DNA of 64,000 bases from an uncultured Alphaproteobacteria bacterium (GCA_949297415.1 CASFSV010000007.1:4932-68931), one strand, 5' to 3'. Positions 19,852-29,713 are shown, counted from the first letter of the stretch. A program made the numbers and translations. The notes: generated by a model not told the origin, from the sequence alone.

Positions 19852-20817
19852 TTGGAAAAAGTTTTAGTTGCCGGTGGTGCCGGTTATATTGGTAGTCATG
19901 TTCAGAAACAGCTGTTAGATGAAGGTTTCGAAGTTATTGTTTATGATGATTTATCCAGCGGAGATATTGTTAATGTCCTTCCGGGCGCGGAGTTTGTGCA
20001 GGCTAATATCCTAGATAAAGTTCAACTCAATAATGTTATGAAAGATGGGGTTGATGCCGTTATTCATTTGGCAGCGAAAAAGGCTGTCGGGGAATCGATG
20101 GTTAATCCTTCTCTTTATGCAGAAAATAATATTTCAGGCTCTATCAATATCTTAAATGCTATGGTCGAAAATCAAGTTAAATATATTGTTTTCTCATCTT
20201 CCGCTGCCGTTTATGGTATGCCGCAATATTGCCCGATTGATGAAAAACACCCGATTAACCCCATTAACTATTATGGTTATACCAAACTTGCTATCGAAAA
20301 TAATATGCGTTGGTTCTCTCAACTCGGTAAACTGAATTATGCCGCCTTACGCTATTTTAATGCGGTCGGATATGATGCCGGTGGGGCTATTCGCGGTAAA
20401 GAGAGAAATCCTCAAAACCTCTTGCCTATCATCATGGAAACGGCGACAGGTAAAAGAGAAAAACTTTCTATCTTTGGAAACGATTATGATACACCCGACG
20501 GAACTTGCGTGCGTGATTATGTTCATGTTTCCGATTTGGCCAAAGCTCATACGTTGGCTCTCAAATATATGATGAACTCAAATAACTCCTTTGCCGTTAA
20601 TCTCGGTACGGGTAAAGGTACAAGCGTACAGGAAATTGTTGATGCAACCGAAAAGGTTATCGGTAAAAAATTGAATTATGATTTTGCGCCTCGCCGTCCA
20701 GGTGATCCAGCTAAATTGACCGCTAACGCTGATTTAGCTCATCAACTTTTAGGCTGGTCTCCGCAATACACAAATATTGAAGAGATTATTCAAACGGTGT
20801 GGAATTTGGAAATTTAA
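19852..20817 (+). CDS. galE: UDP-glucose 4-epimerase
   Basis: KVLVAGGAGYIGSH Rossmann motif and YGYTK catalytic motif. Start placed at TTG 19852, preceded by AAGGGAG. The track ORF from 19618 is an unlikely N-terminal extension overlapping dnaB. Confidence 0.85.
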   Translation: MEKVLVAGGAGYIGSHVQKQLLDEGFEVIVYDDLSSGDIVNVLPGAEFVQANILDKVQLNNVMKDGVDAVIHLAAKKAVGESMVNPSLYAENNISGSINILNAMVENQVKYIVFSSSAAVYGMPQYCPIDEKHPINPINYYGYTKLAIENNMRWFSQLGKLNYAALRYFNAVGYDAGGAIRGKERNPQNLLPIIMETATGKREKLSIFGNDYDTPDGTCVRDYVHVSDLAKAHTLALKYMMNSNNSFAVNLGTGKGTSVQEIVDATEKVIGKKLNYDFAPRRPGDPAKLTANADLAHQLLGWSPQYTNIEEIIQTVWNLEI

Positions 20818-20908
20818 CCTTGACATCTGGCGACCTTCAACGCTAATCGGTATCTATGAGTTTGTTTATCAGATTTTTTTTTAATTTAACTTATACGGAT
20901 TGGAAATT

Positions 20909-21907
20909 ATGTTAGAAAAATTACAATATCTCTTTACGCACCACGCCGTGCTTTCACAAGAGTTGATGTGGACTTGTTTCGGTATTGCCGTTATTGTCTT
21001 ATTATTTTTGGATTTATGCGTTTTTAACCGCAAAAATGAAGTACCAAGCTTTTCTCATACTTTATGGGTGTGTGTCGCTTATATCGGTGCGGGACTTCTT
21101 TTCGGTGTCTTTGTTTGGTACGAAGAAGGTACTAATAAAGCTATGGAATATTTTACCGGCTTTTTAGTTGAAAAAAGCTTATCTATGGATAATATTTTTG
21201 TTATGTCCATTATCTTCAGCAGTATCGGCGTGCCGAGAATTTATCAGCACCGTGTGCTCTTTTGGGGTATTCTCGGGGCTATCGTTATGAGAGCCCTACT
21301 CATCGGTGTCGGTGAGGCTTTAATCAAAAATTTCCATTGGGTGCTTTATGTCTTCTCCGCTTTCCTTATTTATACGGGTGTCAAAATGGCTATGCACACT
21401 CTTAAAAAGGATGAACCCGAAGATAATGAGGAAAATATTAAAAACAGCACCATCTATCGCTTTGTTGAAAAGTATTTTCCGGTTACTCATGAAATTGACG
21501 GACCTCACTTTATTACCAAGAAAAACGGTAAACACTATATCACTCCATTGTTCTTTGCGCTCATTACCATTGAGTTGATGGACGTAGTATTTGCTCTGGA
21601 TAGTATTCCTGCTATTTTCTTGCTGACTGATGACGTATTTATTGTTTATACCAGCAATATTTTTGCCATCTTAGGTTTGAGAGCGCTCTATTTCTTGCTT
21701 GAAGCTGCCGTTCATCGCTTTGTTTATCTCAAACAAGCTTTGTCTATCGTGCTTATCTTTATCGGACTTAAAATTTTCTTGCCGAAATTTGGTTTGGAGC
21801 TCGAAACATGGCACTCCTTAACCGTTACTTTTGCTTTGTTGTTCGGCAGTATTTTTCTGTCGCTCTTCAAAGAAAAGAAAGACAAAGCCCAGAAGCAACA
21901 GGCTTAA
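20909..21907 (+). CDS. TerC family integral membrane protein
   Basis: EKSLSMDNIFV and ELMDVVFALDSIPA repeated TerC signatures. Confidence 0.85.
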   Translation: MLEKLQYLFTHHAVLSQELMWTCFGIAVIVLLFLDLCVFNRKNEVPSFSHTLWVCVAYIGAGLLFGVFVWYEEGTNKAMEYFTGFLVEKSLSMDNIFVMSIIFSSIGVPRIYQHRVLFWGILGAIVMRALLIGVGEALIKNFHWVLYVFSAFLIYTGVKMAMHTLKKDEPEDNEENIKNSTIYRFVEKYFPVTHEIDGPHFITKKNGKHYITPLFFALITIELMDVVFALDSIPAIFLLTDDVFIVYTSNIFAILGLRALYFLLEAAVHRFVYLKQALSIVLIFIGLKIFLPKFGLELETWHSLTVTFALLFGSIFLSLFKEKKDKAQKQQA

Positions 21908-21918
21908 TATCAAAAATC

Positions 21919-21939
21919 GGGGCGGAAACGCCCCTTTTT
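21919..21939 (+). terminator. rho-independent terminator after terC-family gene
   Basis: GGGGCG-gaaa-CGCCCC followed by T5. Confidence 0.75.
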
Positions 21940-21959
21940 GCCATTGGAGGAGCTCTGAT

Positions 21960-23435
21960 ATGTTTAACTTTAATTCGCAAATGCTTTTTAAGATTTCTTA
22001 TGGCTACTTAGCTCTGCCTTTGTTTATCTTTATTTGCTCGTGGTTAAATTATTTTTGCGCTGTTCCTTTGGCTATTTTATTTTTGTTGGCTCTATATAAA
22101 ATTTATCGTGGAAAATCTACAGCTTCCCTTGAGTGGAAACTTGATGATAAAGCGGCTGTCACTTTTGCTGTATTAGCTTCTATCTGGTGTTTTTTTGCCG
22201 GTATCGGTTATTTCTACTATCAATCCTTTGATTATCATTTCAGAAATGCCGTTTTTCGCGACCTACTGACTTATGATTGGCCGGTGTTTTATGATAAAGC
22301 AAACACGCCTATGGTTTATTATATGGGATTTTGGTTGGTTCCTGCCCTTTTGGGTAAGTTGTCGGCGCTATTTGTGCAAAGCGCTTATTGGAATTTTTAT
22401 ATCGCTAATCTCTTTTTGCTTATTTATGCAGTCTTTGGCACGGTTTTAATTTTTGCTCACCTCTCGTTGGCGCTTAAATCATACTCTTGGAAAAAATCTG
22501 TACTGATTGCTTTGCTCTTTATCTTATTCTCTGGCTTAGACTTAATCGGTATCATTTTTTTCAGAACTCAAGCCCAACCTTTTGTCTTTCATCTTGATTG
22601 GTGGGCTACTTTTATGCAATATTCCTCTTTTTCTACTGCAATGTTTTGGGTTTTTAATCAATTTATTCCTATCGCTCTTATTACGCTACTTGTTTTTAAC
22701 GAGAGAAATATTCAGAATTTCGGCTTTTTGATTGTATTAGCATTGTTCTTTTCTCCTTATCCGACGGTTTCTCTCGGAATCTTTATGCTTGCTTACGCCT
22801 TTCAACAATTTATTCAATCAACTCAAAAAAATAATTTCCTTCTCACTCAGATTTTTTCTATTCCCAATATTATCGGCGTTTTTTGGCTATTGCCGATGTG
22901 TATCCTCTATTTTATGACCAATTCCGATGGAATTGATCGCCTGTGGTATATTTTTGATCAAACATCGCCGTGGAGATTGCTGATTTTCTTACTCTTAGAA
23001 TTTTTACTCTATGCCCTTATTATTGCTCCTACTTACAAGAAACATCTTTTCTTTATCACTTCTGTTATTTTATTATGCTTTATTCCTTTCTTTAGGCTTG
23101 ATCAACAGAACAATTTTTGTATGCGTGCTTCTTTGCCGCCACTTATTATTCTTGCTGTTTATATCTTTCGCTTTATTTTTGTGAAAGAACAAAAACGTTT
23201 GGCTAAAATTCTATTACTGCTCTTGCTTTTTATCGGTACAGCAACACCTGCTTTCGAATTTTTCAGAGGAATTTATTTTGTACAAAAACATCATCAATTA
23301 AATCTGGTTGCCGATGAAATTTACACTCTTAATCAACAGGTGGTTACCATGCCCGTTTTCGGCTGGAGTGCAAACCATCAATTTACCGCTAAAGATTACC
23401 AAACAGATTTCTTTTGGAAATATCTGGCACAATAA
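21960..23435 (+). CDS. polytopic membrane protein (possible GT-C glycosyltransferase/polymerase-like)
   Basis: ATG 21960 preceded by GGAGG; about 12 hydrophobic segments. The track start 21831 overlaps the terC end and its terminator. Confidence 0.5.
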   Translation: MFNFNSQMLFKISYGYLALPLFIFICSWLNYFCAVPLAILFLLALYKIYRGKSTASLEWKLDDKAAVTFAVLASIWCFFAGIGYFYYQSFDYHFRNAVFRDLLTYDWPVFYDKANTPMVYYMGFWLVPALLGKLSALFVQSAYWNFYIANLFLLIYAVFGTVLIFAHLSLALKSYSWKKSVLIALLFILFSGLDLIGIIFFRTQAQPFVFHLDWWATFMQYSSFSTAMFWVFNQFIPIALITLLVFNERNIQNFGFLIVLALFFSPYPTVSLGIFMLAYAFQQFIQSTQKNNFLLTQIFSIPNIIGVFWLLPMCILYFMTNSDGIDRLWYIFDQTSPWRLLIFLLLEFLLYALIIAPTYKKHLFFITSVILLCFIPFFRLDQQNNFCMRASLPPLIILAVYIFRFIFVKEQKRLAKILLLLLLFIGTATPAFEFFRGIYFVQKHHQLNLVADEIYTLNQQVVTMPVFGWSANHQFTAKDYQTDFFWKYLAQ

Positions 23436-23530
23436 ATTTCCTGCTTTCATGGCTATAACTCTTAAAAAAAATTTGACTTTGCTTATATATCATCCATACT
23501 TGTCGAAGATTTATTTTATTGAGGTTTGAA

Positions 23531-24061
23531 ATGTTGGCTTTATTTATTTTATCGCTTTGTTTGATTAGTTTTCAGGCTCTGGCTAATCCGGCTTGCGCCG
23601 TTTGTACTGTTGCTGTCGGCGCTTCGCTTGAAATTGCCAGAAGATTAGGTGTGGACGACGCTGTTGTTGGCGTTTGGTCCGGTGCTTTTCTGCTTCTTTT
23701 AGGTTACTGGACGCTCAAATGGATGGATAAGAAAAAATACTTCTTCAAAGGCAGAGATTTTATTATCTTAGCTTTATCCGTTGCCATGATTGGTTTTATC
23801 TACATCTCTCATCTGGTTTATACTCCTAAAGCTATTCTCTGCTTTTGGATTGATCCTTTCTTGTTTGCAACAATTTGCGGTGCTCTCGTTCTCCACTACT
23901 CTTCGGAATTTTATCAGTGGATGAAGAAAAATAACGGCGGACATGCTCACTTTCCTTTTGAAAAAGTTGTTGTTCCCGTTGTGGCTCTGGCTTTAACCTC
24001 TTGGTTGTTTGCCTATTTGCAACTTTGCGCTCCGGCTCTTCCGGATTTAAGTAATATTTAA
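23531..24061 (+). CDS. hypothetical membrane protein with signal peptide
   Basis: MLALFILSLCLISFQALA signal-like N-terminus and 4 hydrophobic segments. Confidence 0.55.
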   Translation: MLALFILSLCLISFQALANPACAVCTVAVGASLEIARRLGVDDAVVGVWSGAFLLLLGYWTLKWMDKKKYFFKGRDFIILALSVAMIGFIYISHLVYTPKAILCFWIDPFLFATICGALVLHYSSEFYQWMKKNNGGHAHFPFEKVVVPVVALALTSWLFAYLQLCAPALPDLSNI

Positions 24062-24074
24062 ATGGAGATTTGAT

Positions 24075-24683
24075 ATGAAAAAAGCTGAAAATGTTAAAGA
24101 ATTTGTGGAACGCATTGATGCCACTAAAAAAGTTAATCCGAAAGATTTATCTTCTGACCAAGATTTAACTATTGCTATTATGAACCTTATCTCTATTGAG
24201 GAACATTTGGTCTTTTCGGGCGCTAAAACCGGCAAAACGTCTTTTTACGATTTAATTGAAGATGTTCGCGAAACACGCAAAAAACTTATGATGAAGATTA
24301 TTCCCAGTTATGAAGGAGAAGTTTGGTGCATCTCCAAACATTTACTCGCTACTTCCATGCGTTTGATGGAGGTAGGAACAAAACAACAGAGTTTGGGAAA
24401 CAAAGAACAAGCCTATGACCTCTTTAATAAGGCCTATGATTTGTATTGCCTGTTCTGGGGCTTAAATATGAATATGCTTGATGTTAGTAATGTTAAGTGG
24501 ATTGAAGACAGCGTTGATGACATCAAGAAAATCAGTGAAAAAATTAACGCTGCAGATGTTGCGACAAGTTCTCCTGTTGAAGAAAGTATCACTACCGAAT
24601 CTGTTGCAGATACAGAACCAAAAACTGCTTTTGCTAAAATGAAAGCTTTTGTACGCAAAGCTGTTGATTGTTGTATTGAGTAA
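24075..24683 (+). CDS. hypothetical protein
   Basis: 202-aa ORF, GGAG upstream, terminator downstream. No family recognised. Confidence 0.55.
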   Translation: MKKAENVKEFVERIDATKKVNPKDLSSDQDLTIAIMNLISIEEHLVFSGAKTGKTSFYDLIEDVRETRKKLMMKIIPSYEGEVWCISKHLLATSMRLMEVGTKQQSLGNKEQAYDLFNKAYDLYCLFWGLNMNMLDVSNVKWIEDSVDDIKKISEKINAADVATSSPVEESITTESVADTEPKTAFAKMKAFVRKAVDCCIE

Positions 24684-24713
24684 TATCTTTTGACGGATTT
24701 TATCGGAACGATT

Positions 24714-24738
24714 AAGCGGTCGTATGACCGCTTTTTTA
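24714..24738 (+). terminator. rho-independent terminator
   Basis: AAGCGGTC-gtat-GACCGCTT followed by TTTT. Confidence 0.75.
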
Positions 24739-24781
24739 TGATTTATTTCTTTTCTTGTCTTTTTCTTAACTATTTATTTTT

Positions 24782-25654
24782 ATGATGAAAAAAAATGAAT
24801 TGTGGAGAACTGATATGGATATTTCAAATACTGATAATGCAATTGAACAAGTTGAAATTGTTTCTAACTCACCATCTTATAGCTTGCCTATTTCTCTTAA
24901 TTGGTGGCGTTTTTTCGTTACTGATTTTTTTGGGCGTAATTATTTTAATTTTAAAGGACGCGCGTCCAGAAAAGAATATTGGGCAGGCCTTATTTTAGGA
25001 TATATTTATTCTATTTTAATTTCTCTTGTTATTGCTATTTTTTGTATTTCTCTGTTTGGATTATCGCCTCAAAATCACGAAGATTTAAAAGCTCTAACGA
25101 ACATAAATAATCTTATTTCATTTTTTCTTGTTTCTGTTCCGACCTTTTCTCTAACGGTTCGTCGTCTACATGACTTTAATCTGAGAGGTTGGTGGTTATT
25201 GTTATTTATTCCTTCTCTTTTTGCCCCTTTCTTTAGAGGCGATAGAGCCGATAATCGTTTTGATGCTAACATCTATGATGAATATGAAGATCCTAATATT
25301 GAAAAAATTAATCTTGCAAATCGCTCTATCTGGCAAATTATTTATTCTATTTTTACAGAGAACTTTTGCTCTATCAAAGGACGGGCTTCCCGTAAGGAAT
25401 TTAATACTGTTTGGATGCTGTTAGTTGTTCTTCCTTGTTTTATGGCTAATATTTTTCCCAATACAGCTTTAATCTGGTTAACTGTTTTTCTTTTAATCTT
25501 CCTTTATCCCGTGATTAGCGTTGCTATCAGACGACTTCACGATTTAAACATTAGTGGATGGTGGTTATTGCTTGGTATAATTATCCTTATTTTACCTTTT
25601 ATTAAAGGGAAAGAAGATGATAATTCTTATGGCCAAAATATTTATGTAAACTAA
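24782..25654 (+). CDS. tandem DUF805 (YhaH-like) inner membrane protein
   Basis: Two copies of the DUF805 pattern: FKGRASRKEYW ... RRLHDFNLRGWWLLL and IKGRASRKEF ... RRLHDLNISGWWLLL. Confidence 0.75.
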   Translation: MMKKNELWRTDMDISNTDNAIEQVEIVSNSPSYSLPISLNWWRFFVTDFFGRNYFNFKGRASRKEYWAGLILGYIYSILISLVIAIFCISLFGLSPQNHEDLKALTNINNLISFFLVSVPTFSLTVRRLHDFNLRGWWLLLFIPSLFAPFFRGDRADNRFDANIYDEYEDPNIEKINLANRSIWQIIYSIFTENFCSIKGRASRKEFNTVWMLLVVLPCFMANIFPNTALIWLTVFLLIFLYPVISVAIRRLHDLNISGWWLLLGIIILILPFIKGKEDDNSYGQNIYVN

Positions 25655-25674
25655 TTTTTTTCAATCCATCAAAA

Positions 25675-25703
25675 AACTCCCTGCTGTCTTAGGGAGTTTT
25701 TTT
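25675..25703. terminator. bidirectional terminator between convergent genes
   Basis: AACTCCCT-gctgtctt-AGGGAGTT flanked by an A-run and a T-run. Confidence 0.7.
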
Positions 25704-25729
25704 CGTATAATGAATTAAAAGTTTTTAGG

Positions 25730-26119
25730 TTAATCTCGAACAAAATTCTTGCTTGCCATTATTACTGAATTTGCCAAATGCTGTGCATTTTCCTCTTTTT
25801 CTTGACCGGTAATATATTTGTTCATCTCGGTTTTGAAAAATTTAACGCCTTTTTTGCTTATTTGTTGATATTTATCGGCAGCCATATTCACACAATCTTG
25901 GTGAGAAGTTCTTAATCCTTGACTTGCATTGAATCTTGCAACTTGCGCATTTAGAGCAACCACCAAATCATTATCGCGTACATTTTGCAAACGATTTTTT
26001 AGAACTTCTTTATCCATAGTTTCTGACAGCAACCCAAAAATAGCTTTTGGGGTTTGACAACCTTCAAGCTTAGCAATAAACTCTTTGCCGTTCAGCTCCT
26101 TTTTTATTTCTTTACTCAT
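25730..26119 (-). CDS. hypothetical protein
   Basis: 129-aa ORF with GGAGGAG upstream. No family recognised. Confidence 0.5.
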   Translation of the reverse strand: MSKEIKKELNGKEFIAKLEGCQTPKAIFGLLSETMDKEVLKNRLQNVRDNDLVVALNAQVARFNASQGLRTSHQDCVNMAADKYQQISKKGVKFFKTEMNKYITGQEKEENAQHLANSVIMASKNFVRD

Positions 26120-26218
26120 GGTTTGCTCCTCCTATAATAATTTTCTTCTATTTATATTTGGAGTATAGCAGATTTTTGAGACCTTGGCAAGGTGTTTTTG
26201 TTACAAAAATGTCATATT

Positions 26219-27112
26219 TTAGTGATTTCTGATTAAAATATATCTTGACAAGCTTTTTAAGGTGTGGGCTTTTTCTCCGAATACAGACAGACTTGTTTCT
26301 GCTTCGTTTATTAGCCGTTCTGCTATATTTTTTGCCCCATTAACACCATATATGCTTACAAAATTCAGTTTATTTTGGGCTTTATCTTTTTTGAGAGTCT
26401 TACCTACTAATTGTTCATCCCCCTCAACATCTAAAATATCATCCGTTATTTGGAACGCTATACCAACATTACGAGAATATTGTATCAGCAATTTTCTTTC
26501 TTCTGCACTCGCATCTCCCAAAATACAACCAGCTTCACACGGATATCTCAATAAACAGCCGGTTTTTAATTCTTCCGTTTGACGAATTATTGTTTCAGGA
26601 TTCGGAAAATCTTTGTGTGTATCCGTATATAAATCAAGAACCTGCCCTGCTATCATCCCCTTAAATGCTCCGGCGGCTTGAGATAGTAAAAGTGTTAATT
26701 CAACCTTCTTGCTATCCTCTATTTTCGCACTATTTAACACCTCAAAAGCATACGTCAATAATCCGTCACCAGCCAGAATCGCTGTTGCTTCATCGAAAGC
26801 CTTATGGCAGGTTGGCTTGCCCCGGCGCATATCATCATTATCCATCGCAGGCAAATCATCATGTATTAGAGAATATGTATGCAACATTTCTAAAGATATA
26901 GCAACCGGCAATGCCTTTTCATATGATACCCCGAACAATTTTGCCGTTTCATGCAATAAAAACGGACGCAATCTTTTGCCTCCGTTCATGACACTGTACC
27001 GCATGGCTTCAACAGCTCGCTGCTCTATATTTCCACTTATAGGAAAATACTTTTCTATATTTTCATTAAACTTCTCGGAATAACTTTTTAATATGCTTTC
27101 TATCTCTGTCAT
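26219..27112 (-). CDS. ispA: farnesyl diphosphate synthase (polyprenyl synthetase family)
   Basis: FARM LIHDDLPAMDNDDMRRG and SARM FQITDDILD motifs. Confidence 0.9.
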   Translation of the reverse strand: MTEIESILKSYSEKFNENIEKYFPISGNIEQRAVEAMRYSVMNGGKRLRPFLLHETAKLFGVSYEKALPVAISLEMLHTYSLIHDDLPAMDNDDMRRGKPTCHKAFDEATAILAGDGLLTYAFEVLNSAKIEDSKKVELTLLLSQAAGAFKGMIAGQVLDLYTDTHKDFPNPETIIRQTEELKTGCLLRYPCEAGCILGDASAEERKLLIQYSRNVGIAFQITDDILDVEGDEQLVGKTLKKDKAQNKLNFVSIYGVNGAKNIAERLINEAETSLSVFGEKAHTLKSLSRYILIRNH

Positions 27113-27154
27113 TGTATTTTCCTATCTTCGTCCTTGTCCTATTTAATTCTCTGT

Positions 27155-27406
27155 TTATGCTTCGACATTATCCAGAGGAGTGGTACTCAGACTGCCATCT
27201 TTGTTTAATTCTATTTTTTCCACTTTAAGAGTAGCGGCTGCCAACTTATCTGAGCATAATTTTTTCAAAGCCATGGCTTTTTCATAAGCATTTACCGCAT
27301 CATCTAATTTAATGCGACCGCTTTCCAATTCTCTTACAATATTCTCCAACTGAGCTAAAGCATCTTCAAAGCTCAGGTTACTAAAATCTTCCTTTTCTTC
27401 TGCCAT
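27155..27406 (-). CDS. xseB: exodeoxyribonuclease VII small subunit
   Basis: LSFEDALAQLENIVRELESGRIKLDDAVNAYEKA typical XseB helix hairpin. Classic xseB-ispA linkage. Confidence 0.85.
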   Translation of the reverse strand: MAEEKEDFSNLSFEDALAQLENIVRELESGRIKLDDAVNAYEKAMALKKLCSDKLAAATLKVEKIELNKDGSLSTTPLDNVEA

Positions 27407-27408
27407 TT

Positions 27409-28086
27409 TTATCTCCTAATTGTTTGATAGCTTCCGGCCATAAAACCGCCGTCTACGATAATATCTTGTCCGCTAATGAATGTATTGGTCGGATTGCCCA
27501 AAAAATATACCATCTTCGCAATATCTTCTGGTTCTGCCAAACGGTTAATTGCTGTTTTTGCCGCCAACTCCGCTCTTTTCATCTCATTATTGTTTTGTTG
27601 GAACATTTTGGTATTAACAAAACCTGGTGACACCGTATTGCAGAGTACATTATAGGGACCATACTCTAAAGCCAAGGTTTTTATCAAACCAACTAAAGCA
27701 TGTTTAGAACATGTATAGGCAGCGCGTCCTTCTCGCGATATGCTTGCATATAAAGAACCTATTCCCACGATATGACCGCCATGTTCCTTAAAATAAGAAT
27801 CGTTCGCCTTAACAATTTCCAACAAAGAAATGTAATTTATATATTGCGTTTTCATAAACTCTTCCAGAGGTATTTCCGCTGCAGGCATCGGCTTATTATA
27901 ACCTGCACAATGGATGATGACATCAAACTCGGCTCGATGCGTTTCAAACCACTGATGTATCGCTGACATATCCGATAAATCTAATTCTGCGCTTCGAGGA
28001 GCTACAACCTCATATCCGCTATGCAGATACAGTTCCTTTATGGCACTGCCTATTCCTCCTCCCGCTCCGGAAATAAATGCTCTCAT
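27409..28086 (-). CDS. SDR family oxidoreductase
   Basis: ISGAGGGIGSA cofactor motif and YTCSKHAL catalytic YxxxK. Confidence 0.8.
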   Translation of the reverse strand: MRAFISGAGGGIGSAIKELYLHSGYEVVAPRSAELDLSDMSAIHQWFETHRAEFDVIIHCAGYNKPMPAAEIPLEEFMKTQYINYISLLEIVKANDSYFKEHGGHIVGIGSLYASISREGRAAYTCSKHALVGLIKTLALEYGPYNVLCNTVSPGFVNTKMFQQNNNEMKRAELAAKTAINRLAEPEDIAKMVYFLGNPTNTFISGQDIIVDGGFMAGSYQTIRR

Positions 28087-28097
28087 TGTTCCTCCTT

Positions 28098-29519
28098 TCA
28101 GAGTTTTATCAGTTCGATTTCTTTATTCGGTAAATCTTTTACACCAACTCCGAGACTTGCCAATTTATCTCGAATTTCATCAGACTTTGCCCAATTTTTT
28201 GAAGCTCTTGCTTCAGCTCTTTGCTCCAATAATGCCTTAATTTCGGGAGTTACCTCCACCGTTTCTTTCTGTTTTGGGGCAATATCTTTTAAGAATAAAT
28301 GTAATACGCCATCTACGTGCATTAAGAATGCTAAACGCAAACCTGTCGACTTGCTATTATCTTTTACTACATTCCACATATATGACAAGGCTACTGGTGT
28401 TTTTAAATCATCAAACAGATATTCGTTAAATTCAGCTGTTAATTTAGCCAGTTCTTCTTGCTCTTGAGCCGAGAGGTTTTTGTTCTCATTTTCAGCCTTA
28501 AACGTGGCTACATAATCCGCTAAATTCTCATAGGCTTTCTTGGCAGCATCCATCGCTTCATCCGAGAATATCGCAGAACTACGATAGTGTGAGGTTAAGC
28601 AGAAGTATTTATAATGAACAGGCGCATATCCTTTTTCTTTCAACGTATCCAATGTCAAAAATCCGCCTTTTGATTTGCTCATTTTTCCGGACTTGTTATT
28701 CAAAAATTCCATGTGTACCCAAAAATTTACCCATTCATGTCCCAAATGAGCTTCACTTTGAGCGATCTCGTTTTCATGATGAACCGGAATATGGTCAATT
28801 CCACCGCAGTGAATATCTATTCTCTCTCCTAAATACTTCGTTGACATGGCTGAACATTCTATATGCCAACCGGGATAACCTCTTCCCCATGGAGAATCCC
28901 ATTGTAAAATCTGATTTTCAAATTTTGATGAGGTAAACCACAATACGAAATCTGACGGATTGCGTTTATTCATATCTTGCTCCGTACGCGCACCATGTTT
29001 TAAATCATCGCGGCTTTGTCCCGATAAGCAACCATATTTCGGAAACTTTGCTGTATCAAAATAAACATTGCCATTTGAAATGTATGCAAACCCCTTGTTT
29101 TCCAAATCTTTTACAAAATCTATCATATCTTGGATATGTTCGGTTGCACGACATACTACTGTCGGACGAGCCAAGCCTAATTCTTTGGTATGACGGAAAA
29201 ACGCATCTTCATACATTCTGGCAATTTCCAAAACGCTTTTCTTTTCGCGTTCGGCCGCTACTTTCATTTTATCTTCGCCTTCATCGCCATCGCTGGTTAA
29301 GTGGCCAACATCGGTTACATTCATAACGTGTTTCACTTTATAGCCGGCTAATTTCAACATATTAACCAATAAATCTTCAAAAATATAGGTACGCAAATTA
29401 CCAATATGTGCATAGTTATATACAGTCGGACCACAGCAATACATTGTTACCATCGGTGGGTTTAACGGCTTAAATTCATCTTTATTTCTGGTCCTTGTAT
29501 TATATAAATATACACTCAT
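28098..29519 (-). CDS. cysS: cysteine--tRNA ligase
   Basis: CGPTVYNYAHIGNLRTY (HIGH) and KMSKSKG motifs, 473 aa. Confidence 0.95.
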   Translation of the reverse strand: MSVYLYNTRTRNKDEFKPLNPPMVTMYCCGPTVYNYAHIGNLRTYIFEDLLVNMLKLAGYKVKHVMNVTDVGHLTSDGDEGEDKMKVAAEREKKSVLEIARMYEDAFFRHTKELGLARPTVVCRATEHIQDMIDFVKDLENKGFAYISNGNVYFDTAKFPKYGCLSGQSRDDLKHGARTEQDMNKRNPSDFVLWFTSSKFENQILQWDSPWGRGYPGWHIECSAMSTKYLGERIDIHCGGIDHIPVHHENEIAQSEAHLGHEWVNFWVHMEFLNNKSGKMSKSKGGFLTLDTLKEKGYAPVHYKYFCLTSHYRSSAIFSDEAMDAAKKAYENLADYVATFKAENENKNLSAQEQEELAKLTAEFNEYLFDDLKTPVALSYMWNVVKDNSKSTGLRLAFLMHVDGVLHLFLKDIAPKQKETVEVTPEIKALLEQRAEARASKNWAKSDEIRDKLASLGVGVKDLPNKEIELIKL

Positions 29520-29542
29520 TTTCTTTTCCTTCTTATTCTAAC

Positions 29543-29573
29543 AAAAAAGAGACAGTCTTTTTCACGCTGCCTC
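29543..29573 (-). terminator. intrinsic terminator inside the cysS leader (attenuator 3:4 hairpin)
   Basis: Minus strand GAGGCAG-cgtgaaaaaga-CTGTCTC followed by T6. Lies 23 nt upstream of the cysS ATG and before its AAGGAA RBS. Confidence 0.55.
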
Positions 29574-29614
29574 TTTATTTTCCTTTTACAGCTGAAAACA
29601 GCGTGGCAGCAATC

Positions 29615-29662
29615 TTACGCTTTGCTGCTACAACACGCTTTGTTTTCATTTATCTGCAACAT
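29615..29662 (-). CDS. candidate 15-codon leader peptide MLQINENKACCSSKA with tandem Cys codons
   Basis: ATG 29662 preceded by GAGAGGA. Tandem TGT TGT at codons 10-11. The stop TAA lies in the loop of the first hairpin. Confidence 0.45.
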   Translation of the reverse strand: MLQINENKACCSSKA

Positions 29663-29684
29663 TTTTCCTCTCTTTTCGGCTGTT

Positions 29685-29713
29685 AGTTTGAAATGTTTTC
29701 TCCTCTTTGTCAA
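29685..29713 (-). promoter_or_regulatory. candidate promoter of the cysS leader
   Basis: Perfect TTGACA (29713-29708), 17-nt spacer, weak -10 CAAACT (29690-29685). Confidence 0.35.

Noticed and set aside
20818-20908. yybP-ykoY (Mn) riboswitch upstream of the TerC-family gene
   Set aside because: The leader is only about 90 nt and shows none of the conserved four-helix motifs.
29520-29700. T-box leader upstream of cysS
   Set aside because: No T-box sequence (AGGGUGGNACCGCG-like) or specifier-loop architecture. The leader is too short, and a leader-peptide attenuator fits better. The alternative 24-codon ORF (MKTKRVVAAKRK...) lacks an RBS and Cys codons.
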